A stretch of DNA of 64,000 nucleotides from Chthoniobacterales bacterium (GTDB lineage: Bacteria; Verrucomicrobiota; Verrucomicrobiia; Chthoniobacterales; Chthoniobacteraceae): positions 1 through 64,000 of the forward strand of contig JBBQZX010000024.1 in assembly GCA_038207335.1 (NCBI GenBank), in the 5' to 3' direction. Positions 28,169 to 38,895 of this stretch are shown here, one piece after another. A program made the position numbers and the translations under genes. Under the pieces are notes generated by a model. That model searched no databases. It was not told the DNA's origin and worked only from the letters and a program-made list of their open reading frames with translations. Position 1 is the stretch's first letter. Each line of letters starts with the position of its first letter.

Positions 28169-29485
28169 ATGTCCCAACAACACTTCCCCAATGTCAGCGC
28201 CGTCAAATTTGAAGGCGCAAAATCGAAGAACCCGTTCTCGTTCAAGCACTATGACGCGAGCGAAGTGGTAGAGGGCAAAGCGATGCGCGATCACCTGCGC
28301 TTCTCGGGCGTTTACTGGCACACGATGTGTGGACAAGGCGGCGATATGTTCGGCGCGGCGACGGCGATCAGGCCGTGGGATACGGGCAAGGCGGGGCTCG
28401 ATTTGGCAAAGGCGCGCGTGCCGGTTTTCTTCGAGTTTTTGGAAAAGCTGAGCCTGCCATACTACGCGTTTCACGACCGGGATGTGGCGCCGCACGGGCA
28501 GACGTTGCGCGAATCGAACGAGTGGCTCGACACGATCGTCGCGCTGCTGAAGGCGCAGCAGGAGCGCACGGGGATCAAGCTGCTGTGGGGCACGGCGCAG
28601 CTATTCGTCCACCCGCGCTACATGCACGGCGCGGCCACGAGCTGCAATTCGGAGGTGTTCGCATTCGCCGCGGCGCAGGTAAAAAAAGCGCTCGAGGTGA
28701 CGCATGAACTCGGCGGCGAGGGCTACACTTTTTGGGGCGGACGCGAGGGCTACTCGACGCTTTGGAATACGGACATGAAGCGCGAACTCGACCATCTCGG
28801 GAAGTTCCTTCACATGGCCGTCGGTTACGCGAAATCGATCGGATTCAAAGGGCAATTTTACATCGAGCCGAAGCCAAAAGAGCCGACCAAACACCAATAC
28901 GACAGCGATGCGGCGGCGTGCCTCAACTTCCTCCGCGAATACGATTTGCTTCCGCACTTCAAACTGAACCTGGAGACGAATCACGCCACGCTCGCGGGCC
29001 ACTCCATGCAGCACGAAATCGAGGTCGCGGGCTCCGCAGGCGCGCTCGGCAGCATCGACGCGAATACCGGCGACCTGCTGCTCGGCTGGGACACGGATCA
29101 ATTTCCCACGGATATTTATCTCACGACGCAGTGCATGCTCGGCATCCTGAAGTTCGGCGGGTTGACGACTGGCGGCGTAAATTTCGACTCGAAAGTGCGG
29201 AGAGAGAGCATCGACCCGGATGATCTGATCCACGCACACATCGGCGGGATGGACACGTTTGCGCGCGGGCTGAAAATCGCGGCTGCGATACGCGCGGATG
29301 GGCGCCTGGAGAAATTTGTGAAAGACCGTTACGCCTCGTGGGACAGCGGCCTCGGCGCGAGCATCGAGAGCGGAAAAGAAAACTTCGCGTCGCTCGAAAA
29401 GGCGATGATGGAGAAAGGCGAAGTCGCCGCGAATGCGAGCGGGCGTCAGGAGTTTCTGGAGAATCTGATCAACGAATTCGTCTAA
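28169..29485 (+). CDS. xylA: Xylose isomerase (class II)
   Basis: [37 protein letters not shown]. Confidence 0.97.
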   Translation: MSQQHFPNVSAVKFEGAKSKNPFSFKHYDASEVVEGKAMRDHLRFSGVYWHTMCGQGGDMFGAATAIRPWDTGKAGLDLAKARVPVFFEFLEKLSLPYYAFHDRDVAPHGQTLRESNEWLDTIVALLKAQQERTGIKLLWGTAQLFVHPRYMHGAATSCNSEVFAFAAAQVKKALEVTHELGGEGYTFWGGREGYSTLWNTDMKRELDHLGKFLHMAVGYAKSIGFKGQFYIEPKPKEPTKHQYDSDAAACLNFLREYDLLPHFKLNLETNHATLAGHSMQHEIEVAGSAGALGSIDANTGDLLLGWDTDQFPTDIYLTTQCMLGILKFGGLTTGGVNFDSKVRRESIDPDDLIHAHIGGMDTFARGLKIAAAIRADGRLEKFVKDRYASWDSGLGASIESGKENFASLEKAMMEKGEVAANASGRQEFLENLINEFV

Positions 29486-29519
29486 GCGCGCCTCCCACTG
29501 TTCCAGGGGAGCGTTCTCA

Positions 29520-30275
29520 CTAACCAGCCAGCCGCGCGGCGTGCGCGAGCAGGAAAACCGCGTTCATCACGACGAACGCGATGATCGGATTCCATGAGCG
29601 GCGTGAGAGTTCACCGGCGACGCTTTTCTCACGCATGAACCACGCGAAGACCGCGGATGCGAGGAGCCAGGTGGCGTAGTTTCGCAGCGGCGCGGATGAG
29701 AGGGCGTGCGTGGTCGCAGCGTCCCAAATCCACCACCAGCGCAAATGGCAGGCGGTTGCTTCGAGGTTAAATGCGGTCGCGAGTGAAAGGACGCCGGTGG
29801 CGAGCGCGATTTGGTTGTGGCTCGCGCTGGGGAGCAGGCGCAAGGCGCATTCGCGCGCTCCGAGGATGATTGCGAGCCAGAGCAGCGGGATGCCGAATGG
29901 CACGGGGCCGAGCATCACGCCGAGGTGCTCGGTAAAGTGGATCGTGCCGAGCGGGTATCCCGTCCGCACGCTGGACCAAGTGATCGCAACGACGCCACCG
30001 ATGACGATGAGCGACCATCTTCGTACGGTCGCGAGGCCTTCGGCTTCCGCAATCGCGGAGTAGATACTGATGGCCGCGAGGGTGATCCACGCGGGATCGA
30101 GGATGTGGAGAAGCCAAGCGAGCGCTCGGGCAAGATCCGGGTTCGCAGGGAGCGCGCGCGCGTCGAGTCTCATGCACCAGACCATCGCGACGAGCCCGCT
30201 CCAAATGAGGAAGAAAATCCACAAGGTGCCCGCGAGCGGCTCCAGCGCCCGCGCGAGGAAGGAGGAGCGGCGCAT
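29520..30275 (-). CDS. Carotenoid biosynthesis-type membrane protein (CruF/DUF422-like)
   Basis: TGYPLG..F..LG..VPFGIPLLW and WWWIW..PLRNYATW motifs; multi-TM. Confidence 0.65.
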   Translation of the reverse strand: MRRSSFLARALEPLAGTLWIFFLIWSGLVAMVWCMRLDARALPANPDLARALAWLLHILDPAWITLAAISIYSAIAEAEGLATVRRWSLIVIGGVVAITWSSVRTGYPLGTIHFTEHLGVMLGPVPFGIPLLWLAIILGARECALRLLPSASHNQIALATGVLSLATAFNLEATACHLRWWWIWDAATTHALSSAPLRNYATWLLASAVFAWFMREKSVAGELSRRSWNPIIAFVVMNAVFLLAHAARLAG

Positions 30276-30456
30276 GTCCGTGCGCTAGGTGGAGCACTCA
30301 GCCCTACTGCGGTTCGTGGCCACAGCTGCGGATTTTAAGAGTTCGCAGGCAGCGTAACGCCGACTCCGGTAGCAGTCCGACAACGACGCATTCGGAGGAT
30401 CGCCAAACGCTACACCCGAGTCGCGTGCTCTGCACTGCCCTGGCCGCACGAGGCTT

Positions 30457-31551
30457 TCAGGCGGGCTCTTGGAATCCGTGCAGCTTAAGGCTGCTGATCG
30501 CGGAGCGGAGTTCTTCGCGGAGTTGCGCGATCATTTCGCGGGTCACTTCGATTTGCTCGGCTTTGTGCTGCGCCCATTCACGGGCGGTCGCCTGCAGGCG
30601 CTCGTAGGCGTCGGTGATGTATGCGCGCGCGGGCTCGGTGAGCTTCGGGCATTCGAGCTTCGACTCGAAGCAACGCTGGGTTTCAGCCAGCTCGGAGAGC
30701 AGGATTTTCTCGGACGGGACGCGGCGCAGCTTCGAGGCGAGGCCGCATTTTGCGAGGGTCCAGATAATCCATTTGGTTGGGTCGAATTGCCACGGCTTCA
30801 CGCCGTTCCGGTAGTCGTGCTGAAACTCGTGGTGATAGTTATGATACCCCTCGCCGAACGTGACGACAGCCATCATCCACGAGTCGCGTGCGCTGCATTT
30901 CGAGGAATACGGGCGCTTGCCGATGTAGTGGCAGAGCGAATTGATGCAGAAGGTGCAGTGCTGGAGAAAGACGACGCGCGCCACCCCGGCGATGAGAAAT
31001 GCGCCGAGCGCCGACTGCCAGCCGCCCCAGACGTAGCCGACCATCGCGGGCATGATGAAGGCGACGAATGCGCCGATCCATTGCACATGGCGGTGCTGCC
31101 ACATGACGAGCTTGTCGCGCTGCAGATCGGCGACGTTGTCGAAAGGTGGCGGCTCGGAAAGTTTGAATAGGAGCCAGCCGATGTGGGCGTGGAAAAGGCC
31201 CTTGCTGATGTCGTACGGGTCTTCGTCGTGATCGACGTGTTTGTGATGCGTGCGGTGCTCGGTACACCAGAGGAGAGCCGAATTTTCAAACGCGGCCGCA
31301 CCGAAAATCAGAGTGAAAAGTCGCACGCTCCAGTGTCCCTGAAACGCGAGGTGCGAGAAGAGCCGGTGGTAGCCGAGCGTGATCGAGAAGCCGCACGCGG
31401 CGAGCATCACGAAGAAGAAGACGACTTGGAACCAATCGAGGCCGAAATTCCAGAGGTAGAGAGGCACGGCGGTCAGCGAGAGGACGAGCGTGCCGATGAG
31501 GAAGCTGCTGGTCGTCCAATTGACTTTGTCGAAGGGGATTCGTTTGAACAT
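30457..31551 (-). CDS. Delta-9 acyl-CoA/acyl-lipid fatty acid desaturase
   Basis: His boxes HRLFSH, HRTHH and HNYHH; FDPTKW. Confidence 0.93.
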   Translation of the reverse strand: MFKRIPFDKVNWTTSSFLIGTLVLSLTAVPLYLWNFGLDWFQVVFFFVMLAACGFSITLGYHRLFSHLAFQGHWSVRLFTLIFGAAAFENSALLWCTEHRTHHKHVDHDEDPYDISKGLFHAHIGWLLFKLSEPPPFDNVADLQRDKLVMWQHRHVQWIGAFVAFIMPAMVGYVWGGWQSALGAFLIAGVARVVFLQHCTFCINSLCHYIGKRPYSSKCSARDSWMMAVVTFGEGYHNYHHEFQHDYRNGVKPWQFDPTKWIIWTLAKCGLASKLRRVPSEKILLSELAETQRCFESKLECPKLTEPARAYITDAYERLQATAREWAQHKAEQIEVTREMIAQLREELRSAISSLKLHGFQEPA

Positions 31552-31646
31552 GGTTTTTGAGGTGAAGATACCGGGAGTTTTCGGCGCGGACAGATAGCCC
31601 CGAACCGCGGTTTTAGCAAACCCTATTCCGCGCGTGAACTTTCCGG

Positions 31647-33020
31647 CTAATGCGACCGTGAAACGTCAATTTCCACCGCACTGTGTCCGCCTTGGGCGAC
31701 GATGTTGCCGCCACCTTGAGCCACGATGTTTCCCCCGCCCTGGGCGACGATGGGGGAAGCGACGCAGAGGACGCGGCCTTGCTTGAGGGGCAGGACGCAG
31801 ACGCCGTTGGTAAGGACGACGCCGTCGGTGGCGGCGATCATGATGCCGTGGGAGCTGGCGGTAATGCCGTCGGCGGTGTCGGCTAGCTGAGGCTGGTTGG
31901 CTTTGGTGAAGGCGGCACCGATGCCATTGAAGAAGCAGCCTACGCTTTCCCACAGTGAGTGGAAGAAGTCGCCGGAGCGGACGTTGGTGGAGAGGAGGCG
32001 CGGAGCAGCAGCGGCAGTATTGTCGGCGGAGATGTAGGAGGAGTGATCCTCAACGGCGCAGGCGGAGAAGTCGCGATTGACTAGGACGGTGATTTCCACG
32101 GCACCCCCGGCGTGGGCGGGGAGGGTGCCGATGGTCCAAGTGGCAATGTCGTGGCTGGCACCGCCAGTGGATCTGGCCTGCGAGGCGGTACGCTCGGCGT
32201 ATTTGATGGGGGTGGAAATGACGGTGGCGATGTCGGTGGCACCGTTGGGGGCGCTGACGTAGCCCTGGGTGGCGCCAACGAATTGGGTGCCGGAGGGGAT
32301 TTGCATCCCGACGTGGACGTTGGTGGCATCGAGGTCGCCGCTATTGGCGAAAAAGATGGTGTAGGTGAGCTGTCCGCCTTTTTTCACAGTCCACGGCGCA
32401 GCGTGGCCAATGATAAGATGCGGGCTGCTGAGGAGATTGAGGACGATGGGATCGACGGTGGTGCCATTAGCGGATGCGATGGCGTCGGCGACCGAATGGA
32501 GCGCGGTGAGCGTAAAGCTGGCGGGGGTGTAGCGGCCGCTGATTTTGGGGCTGTTCAGGACGATGTATTTGATGATGGCCGGGTTGGCCGTAGGGCTGAC
32601 TTTGAAGAAGACGCGGACGGAGCCGTGGCTGTGGGCCGCGGCGGTGCCGAGATTCAGGGTGAGCTGGGTGCCGGAAGCGGTGAATGCGCCGGCGGCAAAG
32701 GCAGTGGTGGAGCCGTTATCGGCGACGACGCGGGGCGGGGAGGCGGGGTCGAGGGAGGTGCCTTCGGGCGCGGTGACGGTGATCTGGGTATTGCTGGCAG
32801 GGACGCCACCATTCTGCACCCACGGGGCTGGGCGGAGAATTGGTTGCTGTGCTGTCCCCCTTCCCGCCATCCATCTGCAAAAACGTCTGCTTGCCTTGCC
32901 CGATATTGCTCGCCTCATACACCAGATCGCGGTCGCCATCGCCATCGATGTCGCCGATTGCCATCGCGTGCATGTGAAGGAAAAAAGCGTTCCGATACGG
33001 AACGCTCGTCTCATCCGCCC
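31647..33020 (-). pseudogene. Headless, internally deleted paralogue of the upstream large secreted protein
   Basis: ~32852-33020 resembles the parent FG-GAP segment (NAFFLHMHAMAIGDIDGDGDRDLVYEASNIG); 31647-32826, in another frame, resembles the parent C-terminal region and ends in IVAQGGGN repeats; no signal peptide. Confidence 0.8.
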
Positions 33021-33154
33021 GACGCATTCGCGCCTTTGCATTTGCGACACTACGATCCGCAGTGCGTCCCAGAAAATCGGCCGCACTCGGCGTTAATTTT
33101 CCTTAGGAGACACGTTGCCAACGAAAGTCAGCACGGAGGAGAATGGTCTCGAAA

Positions 33155-36100
33155 TCAATTTCCGGCACCGGCGGCTACGATCTTGCCACCACCCTTCGCG
33201 TCGATGTGCCCCGCGGAGAATCCGATGAAGTTGCCGCCGCTTGCTGAGACGACGCCGGCCCCATCTTGAGAGATCAGCTTCGACTTCAGCGTTAAATTGC
33301 CAGCGCCCGCGGCGACGATATTGCCAGCTCCTGCGGCGACGATATTGCCAGCTCCTGCGGCAACAAGGTTGCCAGCGCCAGCGGCCACAAGATTTGCGTT
33401 GTTTGAGGAAATCGCACTGGAAGCGCCGCCGGGGTGGTTGCTGAGAAGTCCACCGCCATCCTGGCTGATGAGGTTTCCAGCACCGGCGGCGATGAGATTT
33501 CCAGCACCGGCAGCGATGAGTTGCGCGGCGTTGTCGAGCACGTAGGCGGCGGTTTGCGTACCGAGGCCGGAGATGCCCGTGATCGAAATCGCGTTTCCAG
33601 CGCCCGCGGCCACGAGATTTCCCGCGCCCGCTGCGATGAGGTTTCCAGCGCCCGCTGCGATGAGATTTCCAGCACCGGCAGCGATGAGCGGCGAGGAGAC
33701 CACGAGGACCTGATTCTGTTGGAGCGGGAGGATAACGGCGCCATTTGTGAGTACCACGCCATCGGTCGCGGCGATCATCATGCCGTGGGACTGGGCGCTG
33801 AGGCTGTTCGTGGTGCCGGCGAGGGCGCCTTGTTGATTGTCTTTGAGCCCGCCGCCGAGGCCGGTGATGAAGCAGCCGAGACTTTCCCAAGCGGAGGCGA
33901 AGAAATTCCCAGAACGGACATTGGTCGAGAGCAGGCGTGGCACCGCGGAGGGCGCGTTGTCGGCGGAGATGTAGGAGCTGTGATCCTCGATCGCGCAGGC
34001 GGAGAAACCGGCATCGACGACGACGGTGAGCTCGACCGCGCCGCCCGAGTGGGCGGGCAGCGTGCCGACATTCCACGTCACGATGTCGTGACTCGCGCCG
34101 CCCGTGGACTTGGCCTGAGCCGCGGTGCGCTCGGTGTAGCTGATCGGATTCGGAATGACGGACGCTTTCGACAAAAGTCCATCCGGCGCGCTGATGACGC
34201 CCTGCGTCGGCCTGACGAAGCGCGTGCCGGAGGGCACCTGCATCCCGATGTGGACATTGTTCGCAGGGAGGTCGCCGCTGTTTCCAAAAAAGATCGTGTA
34301 GGTGAATTCCGCACCTTTCTTCACGGTCCACGGCGCGCAATGGCCGATGAGCAGTCGCGGCGCGTTCGGGAGTTGCAGCGGGATCGGATCGAGCGTGGTG
34401 CCGGTGGTCGAGGCGATGGCATCGGCGACTGCGAAGCGCGCGGGGTTGCGTCCGGGTGGAACGTAGTTGCCGGTGATTTGCGGGTCTTGGAGCAGGACGA
34501 ACTTTTGGACGTTCGGATTTACATTTGCGTTCACTTTGAAAAAGACGCGCACCGCGCCGTGGCTGTGCGCCGCAGTGGTGCCGAGATTCATCGTGAGCTG
34601 ACCGGAGCCGGAGGAAAACTGTCCGCTGCCGAATGCGGTCGTCGAGCCGTTGTCATTCACGATGAGCGGCGGAGACGCGGGATCGACCGCGGCGCCCGCG
34701 GGGACATTCAGTGTGATCTTTGTGTTCGTCGCAGGGACATCGCCATTTTGCTTCCACGGCAGGTCGAAGGAAACGGTATCGCCGGGCTTCGCGGCGAAGG
34801 AATTGCGATGCTGGTCGATGGCAAATGAAACGTCGCTGACCATCATCACAAAGAGGTCGTCGGGCGTGCCGGCGGTCACTTTCAAAAGCTCCGCGGAGCG
34901 AATGTAGTAGCCCTGCTCCGGGTCGCTTTGCTTGAGCTTCGCGTCGTAGCCGCCAAAGGAATGGATGAGCGTCGCGGGCTTGTTCACAGGCGCGAGCGCG
35001 ACGATCGCCTGCACCGTGTAGCGGATGAGTCCGCCGGTGTTCGCGGGCAGGGGGCTGAGCTGGCTGATCGTCCCGAGACGGATGTCCATGCTGCGGACGA
35101 GGCCGATGTTGGCATTCGTCACCGGCGAGATCACCGCGCCGTTTTTGTCGAAGAAGGTGAATTGCTCTGCGGTCATCCCGCCGCCGTTTTGCGTGAAGTT
35201 CCCGCGCAAAATCGCACCCGCCGGGATCACGTCATGGACGACGACGTTGTGCGCGGTGGCGTCGCCGCTGTTCACGTAGAGCAGCTCGTAATCGTAGCCG
35301 CGGCCCTGCACCGCCGTCGTCACGTCACCGAATTCGCCGTTCGTCACCGAGCCGTTTCCGAACGTTCCATCGTTCAACGTCCCTTCGGCGACTGCGGCTT
35401 TTCCCAGCCCGAGCACCGGCGGCGACTGCGGTTCGGCGGCGCTGATATTGGTCCTCACGGGCTTTGCCGCGGCACCGTAGAGCGCGGAGATGCGCAGCGG
35501 ATTCCCTTTTTTATCCACACCGGCGGCGATCGAGAAATCGAACTGGTCGCTCGAGATTTCGTTCGTGTGGAAAGTGTGCGGCCCGTCCTGGATCGTATCC
35601 GGGATGTCGTACATCACGCGGACTTTGAATTGCAGCGTGACTCGCGATTGCGCGGCGATGGTGCCGAGATTGAAATGCAACTCCGGCGCGACGAGTCGCG
35701 CATCGAGCAGACCCTGCGCGGTCCCGGGATCGAGCAACGAAAGATCGACGGCGTCCCCTTTTTTCGCGTGGAGAAATTTCACGTCCTGCTGGAGCGCGAA
35801 GACCAGCGCGGGGCTCGAGTTCGGGCTCGGATTCGGCAGCACGGTGCTTGTGGAGTTCCCATTGGCATCCGGCACATACGCCGTGTCGAGGATCGTCCCC
35901 GCGGGAATCACGTCGCGCACCATCGCGCCGGTCACTGGCGCTCCGGAGGTATTCTTGCAGTCGATCGTATAGGTAATCGTCCCGCCCGCGCCGACGATGC
36001 CGGAGTCGCGATCGACCGAGATTTCGATCGGCCCGTGGATCGTCGCGACGAGCATGTCCCTGTCGCTAACCTGCCCAGCCGGTTCTTCAGTCGCGACGAT

Positions 36101-38650
36101 GGTGGATTGCGGCTCGATGATCTGCGTGCCGTATGCCGCGGTCACGTCGCCGGATTTGGAAAACACCGCATCCGAATCCACTCGCACGCGCATCTCGACA
36201 TAGCCGTTCGTCGAGCCCGGCGCGATCGCCGTGAAGTGCCACACGACCGGCTTCCCCTTCCCCGCGACCGTGCCGCCGTTCGTCGCGTCGATGAAAGTCG
36301 TATGCTTCGGGATCGACGCCGTAATCGTGGCGTTGGTCGCCGCGAGGCTGCCGACATTTCCGTAGAGAAAGCGATACGTTAGGATGTCGCTCGTTGTCGT
36401 CGGGATTTCGTACTGCACGTAATCCGCCCCGAGCGCCGCATCGTGCTGCCGCGGGCGCAGGAACAAATCGGGACCGTCGAGCACTTTAAATGGTGCCGTC
36501 GTCTTCCCCTCGGCCGTAGGGTATCCATCCGCCGACGAGAGCGTGCGGAAGTAAATTTTGCTGCAAACGGGGATCGTCGCGGTGTGCCCGCTCCAGTTTT
36601 TCCCGGCCGCATCCGGCGCGAGCGTCAGCAGATCGTACCATTGAGAGGAGGGCGGCGGCGCAAGTGAAAACTGCACTTTCACGCTCGGGTTCATCGTGCC
36701 TTTCGGGAAAATCTGCGCGACTTTGAAGTCGAAATACGCGTGGTTCCTCGCGACGGCCTGCACGCCGAGTGTCTTCAATTGCGCCTTCGCCGTCGGCACC
36801 AGATTCTCCGGCTTCACGCTCAACGCGCCCGGCGATTTCAGCACCGCCGGCTTCGTGTCGTCGATCGTCACTGTCGCCTCTGTCGTGTCGCCGAGCGTCA
36901 CATCGCCGATCGGCGTGCGCATCGCCAGCACGACCGTTTGCGAGGCTTCCGTGCCTTTGTCGCTCGAGACGGAAATGTGGATGTGTTGCTCGAATTGCCC
37001 CGGTCCGTTATCTGGGAAAGTCACCGTCTGGCTCGCGGGAAAGTCGATGTTGTAATCCGAATGCTCGCCCTTCGCGGTCTGCCCGTTTTCCGTCGCCGAG
37101 CCGCTCACGTCGAATGGCACGAGCGCTTGCCCCGTGCTGTCGGTGCCGCGCGTCACAACGACATCCACCTCTCCACCTTCACCGACCTCGTAAGCGTCCT
37201 GCTCGAACTGCACCGCATTCCCCGTCAGCCCGCCGCCACCGCCGCCCCCGCCCGTGATGTTCGGCAGAAGCGAAAAGTTATTCGCGTCGTCCGATGCCAC
37301 CGCGAGATCGAGCTTGTTGTCTTTGTTAAAATCCACCGGCGAAATCGCGCGCACCCCGCTCGAAACCGGCACGGTGATCTGCGACCCGTACGGAAAATAT
37401 TGCTCGTTGGAAATCTGCGTCGAATCGACCGGATAAATCAGAATCCCGTGCGTGTTCAGCGGATCGGTCACCGCAACATCGAGCAGTTGATCGCCATTCA
37501 AATCCGCGAGCACAATCGCCCCGTCGAATTTCAGCCGATCCGGATTATCCCCGATGAAAGCAAAACCCGTCTGGATGTTGAAGGTCCCGTCGCCCTTTCC
37601 TCCGTTCATCTGCAAAAAAGTCTGCCCGCCGTTCCCGATATTGCTCGCTTCATAGACGAGGTCGCGGTCCCCGTCGCCCGTCACGTCGCCGATCACCATC
37701 GCGTGCATGTGCAGGTAAAACGCATTCTTAATCGGCGCGTCCGTCGCGTCGCCATCCTGCCCAAAAGTCCCGTCGCCCTTGTTGAAAAAAGTCGTGTAAC
37801 TGCCCGAACCCGAGCCATTCGAGGCGTTATCGCCGTTGTTGCTGCCGACCACGATTTCGGGGAGACGGTCGAGCTTCGCGTTTCCATCGCCGTCAATGTC
37901 GTTTCGCGTCAGGTCCGCCGCCGCTATGAAATCCCCCGAGCCGCGCGAACGATAAACCGCCGCAGGCACAAAGCCGTTCGTCCCATTGGAATCCTGCTTG
38001 AACACCGCCAACTCGATTTTCCCGATCGGGTCAACCTGCGGATCCACCGGCGGCAGCGTGCCCACCGCCACAATGTCCGACGGCCCACCGGTCCCATTCA
38101 CGTCGATCAACACGAGTTTGGTCAGATTCACCACATTTCCGTCCACATCCGTGGCCGACAGGTCGAACGGCGCGGCGAAACTGATCGGCCCGCTCCCGTC
38201 GTTCGGCGTCATATTGAGATAGACCGTCACATGCCCGCCCTGGCAAACGACGATATCGAGATTAAAATCGTCATTCACGTCGCCGACCTCGACATCTGTA
38301 GGCATGTCGCTGGTCGTGATGTCCCAGGTGCCGAGCCCGTTGCCGCCATTCGCATCGCCGAGCCACACGCGCACCAATTTTCCATCGTGATCCGCCGTCA
38401 CGATGTCCGGCGTCCGGTCGTTGTTCACGTCGATCGGCAGCACCAAATCAGCGCCAGTGTCGAAGTTATTTGCGTCAAATACCGGCAGCGTGAAGCTGCT
38501 CATACTCCTGACGATCGAGCGTCCGCCGGAGGTGAAATTCACGGGCGTCCCAAAACTCGGCGCGTCCGCGAAAGCATTACTGACCGCGAGGAGTAATAAC
38601 GAAGCAGCGAGGGCTGAGCGGCGAATGAAGCGGAAATATCTGGGATTCAT
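33155..38650 (-). CDS. Large secreted multidomain protein: FG-GAP/VCBS repeats, Calx-beta-like, several DUF11-like domains, C-terminal octapeptide repeats
   Basis: Signal peptide (..AVSNAFA); DVNND..DIV, DLNGD..DV, DFNKDNKLDL; VQFEQDAYEVGEG; TYTI..N.G..A..V.D.IP.G repeats; [LI][IV]AAGAGN tail. Confidence 0.88.
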   Translation of the reverse strand: MNPRYFRFIRRSALAASLLLLAVSNAFADAPSFGTPVNFTSGGRSIVRSMSSFTLPVFDANNFDTGADLVLPIDVNNDRTPDIVTADHDGKLVRVWLGDANGGNGLGTWDITTSDMPTDVEVGDVNDDFNLDIVVCQGGHVTVYLNMTPNDGSGPISFAAPFDLSATDVDGNVVNLTKLVLIDVNGTGGPSDIVAVGTLPPVDPQVDPIGKIELAVFKQDSNGTNGFVPAAVYRSRGSGDFIAAADLTRNDIDGDGNAKLDRLPEIVVGSNNGDNASNGSGSGSYTTFFNKGDGTFGQDGDATDAPIKNAFYLHMHAMVIGDVTGDGDRDLVYEASNIGNGGQTFLQMNGGKGDGTFNIQTGFAFIGDNPDRLKFDGAIVLADLNGDQLLDVAVTDPLNTHGILIYPVDSTQISNEQYFPYGSQITVPVSSGVRAISPVDFNKDNKLDLAVASDDANNFSLLPNITGGGGGGGGLTGNAVQFEQDAYEVGEGGEVDVVVTRGTDSTGQALVPFDVSGSATENGQTAKGEHSDYNIDFPASQTVTFPDNGPGQFEQHIHISVSSDKGTEASQTVVLAMRTPIGDVTLGDTTEATVTIDDTKPAVLKSPGALSVKPENLVPTAKAQLKTLGVQAVARNHAYFDFKVAQIFPKGTMNPSVKVQFSLAPPPSSQWYDLLTLAPDAAGKNWSGHTATIPVCSKIYFRTLSSADGYPTAEGKTTAPFKVLDGPDLFLRPRQHDAALGADYVQYEIPTTTSDILTYRFLYGNVGSLAATNATITASIPKHTTFIDATNGGTVAGKGKPVVWHFTAIAPGSTNGYVEMRVRVDSDAVFSKSGDVTAAYGTQIIEPQSTIVATEEPAGQVSDRDMLVATIHGPIEISVDRDSGIVGAGGTITYTIDCKNTSGAPVTGAMVRDVIPAGTILDTAYVPDANGNSTSTVLPNPSPNSSPALVFALQQDVKFLHAKKGDAVDLSLLDPGTAQGLLDARLVAPELHFNLGTIAAQSRVTLQFKVRVMYDIPDTIQDGPHTFHTNEISSDQFDFSIAAGVDKKGNPLRISALYGAAAKPVRTNISAAEPQSPPVLGLGKAAVAEGTLNDGTFGNGSVTNGEFGDVTTAVQGRGYDYELLYVNSGDATAHNVVVHDVIPAGAILRGNFTQNGGGMTAEQFTFFDKNGAVISPVTNANIGLVRSMDIRLGTISQLSPLPANTGGLIRYTVQAIVALAPVNKPATLIHSFGGYDAKLKQSDPEQGYYIRSAELLKVTAGTPDDLFVMMVSDVSFAIDQHRNSFAAKPGDTVSFDLPWKQNGDVPATNTKITLNVPAGAAVDPASPPLIVNDNGSTTAFGSGQFSSGSGQLTMNLGTTAAHSHGAVRVFFKVNANVNPNVQKFVLLQDPQITGNYVPPGRNPARFAVADAIASTTGTTLDPIPLQLPNAPRLLIGHCAPWTVKKGAEFTYTIFFGNSGDLPANNVHIGMQVPSGTRFVRPTQGVISAPDGLLSKASVIPNPISYTERTAAQAKSTGGASHDIVTWNVGTLPAHSGGAVELTVVVDAGFSACAIEDHSSYISADNAPSAVPRLLSTNVRSGNFFASAWESLGCFITGLGGGLKDNQQGALAGTTNSLSAQSHGMMIAATDGVVLTNGAVILPLQQNQVLVVSSPLIAAGAGNLIAAGAGNLIAAGAGNLVAAGAGNAISITGISGLGTQTAAYVLDNAAQLIAAGAGNLIAAGAGNLISQDGGGLLSNHPGGASSAISSNNANLVAAGAGNLVAAGAGNIVAAGAGNIVAAGAGNLTLKSKLISQDGAGVVSASGGNFIGFSAGHIDAKGGGKIVAAGAGN
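33158..33688 (-). repeat. 24-nt coding repeats encoding [LI][IV]AAGAGN
   Basis: 11 canonical units in blocks of 4, 2, 4 and 1, plus degenerate units (LISQDGGG, LISQDGAG, VVSASGGN, IDAKGGGK). Confidence 0.92.
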
Positions 38651-38895
38651 GGATTTAAATAAGTGCGGCCAGTGGAAGAGGGCGCGCATCAATCGGCCAA
38701 ACATGAATCGTTGTCAACGGAACCTTCGGGAAAGGGAGAGTTCTGTCGAAAATGTCACCTTTCCCGCGCCAAACTCGCCTCCCGAATCGGCCTCCCCGGG
38801 GCTGCCCCACCCACCCTCCCGCAGTGTTCACCTTGCCAGCCATCGGTAAAACCGCGCGCTCGACTTTGCACGCATCGAGGCGCGATGTTGCGCCG

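Noticed and set aside
31647..38650. Diversity-generating retroelement (template/variable repeat pair)
   Set aside because: No reverse transcriptase in the window; the two copies differ throughout, not only at adenines, and the shared region is over 1 kb.
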